Shown piece by piece: positions 52,498-64,000 of a stretch of DNA of 64,000 nucleotides (its first letter is position 1; the number at the start of each line of letters is the position of its first letter). Position numbers and translations under genes: made by a program. Where the stretch lies: assembly GCA_951406725.2 (NCBI GenBank), contig OX597823.1, forward strand, positions 12,338,001 through 12,402,000. The letters are read 5' to 3'. Below the pieces are notes generated by a model. The model saw only the letters and a list, made by a program, of their open reading frames with translations, searched no databases and had not been told where the DNA came from. Origin of the DNA: Octopus vulgaris. Taxonomy: Eukaryota.

Positions 52498-52835
52498 TTG
52501 CTGTTCCTAGCTGGTGGGGGTGCTTGCCTCCCCTTTGCGAATATAAGGACACAGAAAATGTGTCAAAGCCGACAGGAAGCATCGATGTTTCCTAGGGCTA
52601 TATAGCGGTGGTGTAATTCCCTCTACGGGACTGTCGCGTTTTGTTGACTTTATACAACCACTTTATCGCTCGACCACCGCTCACCTCTCCTTGAGACAGT
52701 TAGAAATTCATTATTTCTAATATATATATATATATATATACATGTATATATTTAGTAATGTATATATGTATGTATGTATATATGTGTATATATATGTGTA
52801 TATATGTATATATATATATTTGTATGTATGTATGC

Positions 52836-52876
<41 letters not shown>

Positions 52877-52881
52877 TATAT

Positions 52882-53090
52882 AACTTAGATATGTTTCAAC
52901 CAAAGATTGGTCAAGGCCATGTCTAACTTAATAGCACCACCTGATAGGATTATTCGAATCCTGTTTAAGTCAAGTTTTGTTCAAGTAGTGAGTTCTTGTT
53001 GGGTGAGTTGTATCCAATTATGGGTGGCTTATCTGGTATTCTTTGAAGAAATCTATCCAGACTCCGTTTAAAGTTGATGGGATCCTTTAT
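52882..53090 (-). mobile_element. 3' end of a CR1-group LINE
   Basis: - strand KDPINFKRSLDRFLQRIPDKPPIIGYNSPNKNSLLE plus a short UTR ending at (TA)n. Clade assigned from motif memory. Confidence 0.6.
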
Positions 53091-53861
53091 ATACATAGCG
53101 GTATATTTATATACTATATTAGATATCTGTAACGGAATGCGAGAAGATCCATTGCGGTTGGGCAGCCAAATGCACTCAGAACATCCAATGCTGACTTTGC
53201 TGACTTCTAGGTAACTGAAATGGGGAATTGTACCTATGAACTAACAATTTATACTTGTGTTCAACTAGATTTTGCACTGCATACGCTCTTTATATGTAGA
53301 TGAATTATACATCTAACTGGAGCTATAACTCATACAATAGTACGCGTACATCTAATTGCACACTCACAATTAACGTATGTTGCGTGGTGCGGTACCTTCT
53401 CGAGTACGTAATGCATTCGAAGAATGTAATACACTCAAAGAGTGTATTACGGTCTCCTGAAGGTACTACGAAAAGGAAATCGTTTGCATAGACCTCCCAT
53501 AAATGATCTTTCTAATCTCATCAATCCCTAATTCTTTACAAAACTTCCTTGTCGCCAACAGATTTAATAAATGAATCAATGTTGTCATGCTAGCAAACAG
53601 TTTCGACTTCCGCTGTAAGGACAGTGGCCTAAAATTCATTGAGAAGAATTACGTTATTTTAAATGCTTTTAAGTTCTTATATATAGCTATTCCTAAATAA
53701 CAACTGCGATATTCATCATATCGAAAGTACAATTCTTGAAATTCTTTGAGATAAAATTTGAGGTGGAAAGAAAGCGAAAATTATCTGTTATGAATATATA
53801 TCCCTAGGAATATTACTAATATAATAACCATTACTATCTCCACCAACAATACAAAATATCC

Positions 53862-53866
53862 TCATT

Positions 53867-53898
<32 letters not shown>

Positions 53899-53921
53899 CA
53901 CCATCATCATCATCGTCATCG

Positions 53922-53957
<36 letters not shown>

Positions 53958-54066
53958 CCACCACCGCCACCACCGCCATCATCATCATCATCATCATCAT
54001 CATCGTCATCGTCATCGTCATCGTCATCATCATCATCATCACCACCACCAACACCACCAACTCCGC

Positions 54067-54101
<35 letters not shown>

Positions 54102-54198
54102 CCACCACCGCCACCACCGCCATCATCATCATCATCATCATCATCGTCATCGTCATCGTCATCGTCATCATCACCACCACCAACACCACCAACTCCGC

Positions 54199-54246
<48 letters not shown>

Positions 54247-55225
54247 TATCATCATCAGTAACACAGCACTAACTTGAAGGCAACCATTACTTTCGCGACT
54301 ATCATTAATTATAATCACCACTCTCACCACCACCTCCACCACCACTACCACCATCACCACTACCACAGCCATCGACACCGCCGCCGTTGCCCTCACGGAA
54401 AGCAACTACAACAGTAACAGCAGCAACAATATCAACCATCACTACCAAAACCACGTCCACCTTGATTAAAAACAGCCACAACAAACATCGTGATGAGGAT
54501 GGCAAGGACCACGACGGCCATGACGGCCATGACGGCCATGACGGCCATGACGGCCATGACGGCAACAACAACAACAACAACGACAACGACAACTGTAGCC
54601 ATAGCAACAACGGTATTATTACCATCATTATAATATCAGAACTAATACCAACATTATCAGCACCATCCTCACTATGGTTATCGTCATCACCAGGAGCACT
54701 ACCGTAAAGAAAAGAGAAAAAAAACAGACAAGTTAAACATCGTCATCAGCATCAGTAACATCATCAACAAAAGGAAGATCACCATTATCCTCCTCCTCCT
54801 CCTCATCATCATCATCATCGTCGTCATCACCATCATTATCATCATCGTCATCATCATCATCATCATCGTCGTCGTCGTCATTATTATCATCATCGTCGTC
54901 ATCATCATTATTATCATCATCTTCATCATCATCGTCATTATCATCATCATCGTCGTCATCATCATTATTATCATCATCTTCATCATCATCGTCATCATCA
55001 TCATCATCATCGTCGCCATCATCATTATTATCATCATCATCTTCATCATCATCGTCATCATCATCATCATCATCAAATCATCATCATCCTCATCCTCATC
55101 ATAATCCTGAATCATCACATTCATCATCATCATTATCCCAACACCCCCCACCTCAACGCCATCAACAACAACAACAACAACAACAACAACAGCAACGACG
55201 ACAACAACAACTGCAACAATAATCT
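53862..55225. repeat. compound (CAT/CAC/CGT/CAA)n microsatellite field including a (GACGGCCAT)n minisatellite at ~54511-54563
   Basis: Directly visible; a ~140-bp higher-order duplication lies at ~53930-54245. Confidence 0.9.
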
Positions 55226-56287
55226 CATCAACAAGAAGAGACAGATAGCAGAACAATTTAATGTGTGCCGACGAGATAAGAACCAGTCTTCAAAAGACAG
55301 CGGCATTGATGTTAGTGCCAAAACAGACCAATATACCATAGAATATAAGCATTAGGGGCATTATCATTTCGTTGATTGAAGTAGATACAGCCATTATTGG
55401 TCTTTTATTTTCACTGATAATAACTCACATTCTGTCAGTCAGTGTGTTTATCTATTTGTCCGCCAGTTTATCCTTCAGTTTGTTTGTTCCTTTTTTTCGC
55501 TTCCTTCTTTGTCAATCACCCTTTTCTTTCATTTTTTTCACAGACTCTTCGAGTATATATATATGTTTAGATATATATATACATATGCATGCACACACAT
55601 ATATATGTGGTTTCGCAAAATTAAAAATAGCTATTTAACTGCTGTACGTATTCACTTCTGTAATAGATAATGTTTAATTTGATTTTAATATTTCTTTAAC
55701 GTTTGTTATAACCTACACGAAAATAGACAAATAAATATACATATACAAGCATACCTGCACACGTGTACGTGTGTATGTGTATATATATAAATACCCATAC
55801 GTATATACATACAAACACACACGCATACACACGCACACATATGGACGCATATATTCGTGTATACCTATGTAACATAGATAAGTGTATAAAATTTTAAGAT
55901 ATTATGTGTGTGTGTATATATACATATTTATATACATATCTGTATATATATATTTACATACACATATACATATACATATACATATGTATATATATATATA
56001 TATAATATTTATATACATATATATAGATATTTATATACATATATATATATATAGATATTTATATTCATATATATATATATATATACATATTTATATACAT
56101 ATGTATATAAATATGCATATATTTACATACATATATATATACATATTTTATACATACATATATATATATATATATGTATGCATGCGTATATATATATATA
56201 TATGTGTATATATAAAATATATATATACATATGTATATAAATATGTATATATATATATATATACATATGTATATATATGTATGTATT

Positions 56288-56320
<33 letters not shown>

Positions 56321-56439
56321 ATTTCATAAATTATATCTTATATATATCCTGTGATATATTGTATACTATTTATATATGTCTGTTTGTGTATGTATGTATC
56401 TTTGTAAGTATATATGTTTTTTTTTATGTACCTATGGCT

Positions 56440-57000
56440 GAAGCGGAGAAGGCTGCAGCTGCCAGGTCCTTCTCCCTGGGATTGGGATGTTAAAGTCGAC
56501 TTGTGTAAAAAGTGGAAATCCCCAGAAAATGTCGCCTCAACATCCCTAAGGCTGGATATGATACTGATATTGAAAATACACGAGTAGGTTATTCCCTTAG
56601 AATTCTCTCTTTTCTGGGAGGACCGATTTGAAGAGACAAATGAAAGTATGAGTTGGAAATATGTTGATCTGGTGGTGTTATCGCAAAGCAATCGGCTAGC
56701 AGGCAAGGTTTGATCCTTCAAATAGGATGCAGAGTGTTTGCAGGTCAATCCCTTCGCAGCTCTTACAACATGGTGGGTATCACAGGGTTCGGTAGGCAGA
56801 AGACAATCAAGTGTGTGTGGAGATAGCAGAAGTTGTTGCATAGTGGCACTGGATCACGATTATAAGGAGTGAGGCATAGAAAAGGCATTGCTACCAGGTG
56901 TATAGTGCTAATTAAACAGAAGATGGTGAGGGGTCAACGTTGATTGAAAAATCCCAAACACCTACGGACCGCAGGAAACATTATTGGTTATGTGTCGAGG
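56440..57000 (+). mobile_element. degenerate HERO-clade non-LTR retrotransposon 3' end
   Basis: DWDVKVDL...TSLRLDMIL...LEFSLFWEDRFEE...KYVDLV / IGCRVFAGQSL...GITG matches the HERO RLE pattern (LRPD...ELTVPWE...EVGCRGF), followed by a HERO-like UTR. Confidence 0.7.
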
Positions 57001-57123
57001 TACATCAAAGTAAGATGTTCGGAATAACTGTGTATGTAATTATGTGTATGTGTGTGTGGGCTGGTGAAGGTGCGTCTGTGTGTGTTTGTTTGCATGCATT
57101 ACTTATGTGAAATTGCATATACA

Positions 57124-57420
57124 AGCATCGTTGGCGAAGGTTTCGCTTGTGTGGTCCTAAGTAGGCAGCAGAAAATCACTGAATGGGTCAGAACGCGGTT
57201 CATTTTCGACTTGATCTTCTAATCTTTTCCCGACAACTACCAGAAAAATGCAGGGAACAAGGACGACTACTCTACATCGCTTTCGTTGACCTTACAAGCT
57301 CCGAGCGTTGCTTCAGAGGTTACAGAGGATTGTTCAGTTTTCCATGCATGCATTTTGCCTAAGTATTCGCATTGCAATGAAAGAGGCCTTTGTGCTCACA
57401 CCCACTCTGCTTGACATCAT
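57124..57420 (+). mobile_element. RTE (BovB-like) RT fragment
   Basis: SIVGEGFACVVLSR, RQLPEKCREQGRLLYIAFVDLT, MKEAFVLTPTLL. Confidence 0.75.
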
Positions 57421-58432
57421 CGCCGACATCAACTGGTGGTGTTTACGTTCACACAAGAACAAACAATACCAAGAAAAGAAACCACAATAGCAACTACTTC
57501 CCGTAATATAAAGGAAGCATGATAAATTACTGTGACGTGTAAAATGTTGTGGACATAGCCTTGGCCTCCATCTGGTTGTCTCATATAGTAACAGCCACCC
57601 TGAACTATCTTTCACTTCACACGTACTCAATTATGCATCATATGCCATGCAAATTCTTTTAATTTTGAGACGTACGTGGGTGCTACATTCTTCTTTTCCT
57701 CGTGTGGATGCCTCAGCAAATAATCGTCGGTTTATCTGAGGGTTTCATAAACCTAGGACTAGAAATATTGCGCATGTACTTTAGCAAGTACAAATCTTTC
57801 CCCGCCAGAGATATGTTATTGCATGTTCTTTTGGGAGGGATTTGAAGGAAATGTTGTTGATGTTACTTTCTTTGTCAGTACAGTTGTTATCGCCATGGAA
57901 ACTGCTGTTTATGCAATTATTGTTGTTGGTTTTAATATTGTTATTCGTGTAGTTGTATTTCATGTTGTTAGTGTTGGCGTTGTTGTTGTTGATACAGTCG
58001 TTGCTATTTTGGCTACAACGAATACAAACGAACACTGCCTCACCTTTGTCCTTTGCTACTAAATTTGCCTGTGAAATACTACTGATGAGGACATCAACAG
58101 TCAGTGAAGAACGGTAAAGCAAACACATTTTCTTTTACACTCCTCTTTTCTTACCTTTCTTTAAAGAAAAAAAAGATGCTATTCATTTTTAAAGCTTTCT
58201 AAGAGAAGGAAATTTAGTAGAAGATATTTTTGAAGTGAGGCGTTGTGCCTGCACCGTGAATAATTTGAGTGGGAGGCTTTCTCTATGAAAGCTCAGATTT
58301 ATTTGAAACACAACGAAAAAGGATTTCACTGACAGGTAACGACAGATCTAAATAGAATTTAGGAAAAAAAAAAGAAGACTCATCAGTAATACTGATATTT
58401 CAGCGTGGGTTCCTCATTTTCAGGGTGATGGC

Positions 58433-58513
<81 letters not shown>

Positions 58514-58527
58514 AAGAAGAAGAAGAA

Positions 58528-61215
<2,688 letters not shown>

Positions 61216-61228
61216 AATATATAAATAT

Positions 61229-61786
61229 ATGACCTGACGATGTACCAGGCAGTGGCTGTCATGGCTTCTGATATCAACTGATTGGAAGTGTTATCATGTA
61301 CATTGTTTTGTTTTGGTATAAAAGATGGGCTACAGCAAATATTCTGCTCAATACCACAGATTTGCTTATCAGTTGTTTGACCTTAACTAGTTGATTATGT
61401 TCTTTAGTGGTTGGCGATATGTGCATCTCTGATCACGTACAGAGGTAGTGGGGGAACATCATAGCCATATGTCGAGGGGAATTCTTTGGTGCTTTGAATA
61501 ATTCACATTTCGAAATATGGATGTTTCTTTCAACATCCTTAGACAAATCTTGTTCAGGAACATTTTGAGCGGGACAAGCTACTCGACCAGAAGAAAATTC
61601 TAACTGGGTCCCACCTGCAAGGTAATGCGCTGTTTACTTTGGTCTGAGATCACCATGTCGTGCATATATGGTTGTGATGCATATGCGTGGTGTTCACATA
61701 TCAGACGAGTAGCCATGATGGGTATATTGGATTCGTATATTCTAACCCAGTGTCACTATGATGGCGTGCGCCGCCTTCTCACTCAG
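61229..61786 (+). mobile_element. family D non-coding TAA-associated element, apparently full length (~555 bp)
   Basis: 5' part matches 63314-63483 and 3' part matches 6186-6366. Lies between TAA-type repeats. Confidence 0.7.
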
Positions 61787-61893
61787 TATTAATAATAGTA
61801 GCAATAATAATAACAACAACAGCAACAACAACAACAACAACAACAATAACAACAACAATAACAACAACAACAATAATAATAATAATAATAAAG

Positions 61894-61944
<51 letters not shown>

Positions 61945-61980
61945 GTAATAGTAATAGTAATAGTAATAATAATAATAATA

Positions 61981-62960
61981 CAACTGGAATTAGATATTCT
62001 TACTGATAAATGGCAAGAAACACCTCTCAATGGCAAATACCCAAAGAGAGCTAATAGTGCCAGTGTCGACAATGTCCTTACCCTTCAATTGTTAGTGTCT
62101 CCTAGCTTAAAATCAGAAAGAGAAGGGTTTATCATAGCAGCCAAATATCAATGCCTACCAACAAGTAACTACCAGGCCAACATATTAAAGAACGACAGTA
62201 GCCCAACCTGTCGTGTATGCAAAACAACAAAATGAAACCATTGATAATGTTGTCTCCACGTGCAGCCTTCTTGCGCCAGCAGAGTATCTCAACGGACATG
62301 ATAGAGAAGCACAGTATATTCACTGGGTAATTTGCAAAAACCTAAACTTGTCCTATGATAAAAGCTGGTGGGAACAAAAACAATCTCCAGTGCTTGAAAA
62401 TGATCAAATCTTACTCTTCTGGAACTTTACCGTTCAAACTATCACAACGATAGATGCGAATAGGCCAGACATCATATTGAAAGACTTCAGGCAAAAATCG
62501 TACCTCCTCATTGATATGACTGCCCCAATCGACATAAATATATCTGTCAAGACCTACCAAAAACTGAGCAAGTGTAAAGATCTTGAAATAGAAATTAGCA
62601 AAATGTGGAACCTCAAAAGTAAAACAATATCTGTTATCATAAGTGCTCTAGGAATGATAGCAAAAGGGGCCAATTCCTACCTAGCTCATATACTAGGAAA
62701 CCACAAAATGGCAGAAATTCAAAAGATAGTGCTCATGGGAACTGCTCATATCATACCTAAAATACTGTCTATGTAATCTCAAATTTTGAAAGAAACATAT
62801 TTTTTTTGTTTTCTTAAACATTCTCTAGAACAATACTATGTGCTAAACCAAATATATGACACCCTAGGCATAACACTTGATTGAACTTCTAATTTGTTGT
62901 CTCTTGATATCTCTGGGTGAGACTTGGAGTCAACTTGTACAAATACAAAGTCAAAAATAA
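61981..62960 (+). mobile_element. R4/Dong subfamily 2, shorter more diverged copy
   Basis: Aligns to ~60065-61105. ORF 62213-62776 carries the RLE motifs. Confidence 0.92.
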
Positions 62961-62991
<31 letters not shown>

Positions 62992-62992
62992 T

Positions 62993-63112
62993 TACGCAGA
63001 ACACTTTCCATACAATAACAATCAGAGCATCACAACGTATCACAGCACATACCCAAGGCACATAGAGCTGCGCTCGGTAGTGAAGTGAAAGCACGATATA
63101 AAAAATATACTA

Positions 63113-63117
<5 letters not shown>
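62993..63117 (+). mobile_element. R4/Dong subfamily 1 extreme 3' end
   Basis: Near-identical to 6724-6848, with TAA-type repeats on both sides. Confidence 0.88.
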
Positions 63118-63199
<82 letters not shown>

Positions 63200-63236
63200 T
63201 AATGATAATAATAATTAATGATAATAATAATTAATG

Positions 63237-63313
<77 letters not shown>

Positions 63314-63314
<1 letters not shown>

Positions 63315-63483
63315 TGCCCTGATGCAGTACCATACAGTGGCTCTCATGGCTTCTGATCTTAGCTGATTGGAAATGTAATCATGTACATTGTTTTGTCTTG
63401 GTATAAAAGATGGTCTACACCAAATATTCTGCTCAGCACCACAGAGGTGCTTGTCAGTTGTTTGACCTTAACCAGTTGAGCAT
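63314..63483 (+). mobile_element. family D element, 5' part
   Basis: Aligns to ~61229-61397 and starts immediately after (TAA)n. Confidence 0.7.
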
Positions 63484-63669
63484 TAGGTGTGATAACAATA
63501 TCTTATTGCTAACGTTGTCTTCTTTTGGTAACTAAATATGTTGGTTGTCTTTATTTTTTGCATATTGACTGTATTGTATAGAACAAAATGGGTCCGCGCT
63601 CGTTATTCTCTCAGTTTTTTCCCGCCATGGAAAATAAGTTTGGTGACCCCTGCATTAGACCATTGAAAA

Positions 63670-64000
63670 ATAATGAGGGATAAAAGTAATTTGGAATGTT
63701 GCAGGATGACAGGATAGTGAGAGGGAACGTCCCCATGGAGTACAAAAGGATTGGGAAGGAGCTAGAAAAGAAAACAAAAAGGATACTATACAGGCTGTTG
63801 ATACTTGGACCATTCCAGTATCGAAATACACTTCACATTCTTTCAAGTAGACAGAGACAGAGATACAGGAACGAGGTAGAAAATCTAGGAAGCTACACAT
63901 AAAGCACTATCTGTAACCACACAAATACTAATATCAACAAGCTCTACCAAGATAGAAGGTAGAGATTTGTTAGATGCATGCGACACAATCAGTATTGAGA
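63670..64000 (+). mobile_element. old degenerate R4/Dong-like RT fragment
   Basis: FGMLQDDRI, IQAVDTWTIPV and GRKSRKL parallel YLGVIEG, IEAINALAIPV and DRKIKRL of the main copy. Confidence 0.5.

Larger units (their letters stand above)
51018..52718 (+). mobile_element. fold-back Penelope-like/retrozyme-like element: ~700-bp inverted arms (51018-51716 / 51958-52662), 241-bp spacer, unpaired 3' tail
   Basis: Arms are reverse complements with scattered mismatches and each holds a hammerhead. Flanked by (GA)n and (TA)n. Confidence 0.75.

Noticed and set aside
54387-54707. ORF with DGH repeats, superficially like a His/Asp metal-binding or beak protein
   Set aside because: It is a 9-bp minisatellite within a trinucleotide field; no splice or start context.
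58083-58118. CTGATGA followed by a GAC...GTC stem
   Set aside because: No properly placed GAAA or stems I/III.

Overview
AT-rich eukaryotic DNA dense in microsatellites and transposons, with no host protein-coding exon that I can support. The SINE families, R4/Dong LINEs and large simple-repeat tracts suggest an octopus/coleoid cephalopod genome (inference). Nearly all long ORFs in the track are microsatellite artefacts. Real content: three tRNA-headed SINE families plus a Ceph-like SINE; degenerate non-LTR retrotransposons (R4/Dong x5, RTE x2, HERO, CR1-group, a GATA-embedded 3' end); Penelope-like element (PLE) remnants; a probable solo LTR; mariner (DD34D) and maT (DD37D) remnants; hAT and mariner MITEs; two non-autonomous Helitrons; a 100-N gap; and at least 8 long inverted repeats. 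Most notable: (i) fold-back elements carrying minimal type I hammerhead ribozymes (51018-52718, 35590-36545) plus decayed copies; (ii) a (TAA)n array stacked with Dong LINEs and a ~555-bp non-coding partner element with an apparently fixed 5' end; (iii) a templated-insertion mosaic at 27490-28311; (iv) an array of GAGGY-N5-RCCTC palindromes behind an orphan ORF; (v) two non-L1 retroelements with twin-priming-like 5' inversions. Coordinates and alignments were read by eye, so ends may be off by a few bases.
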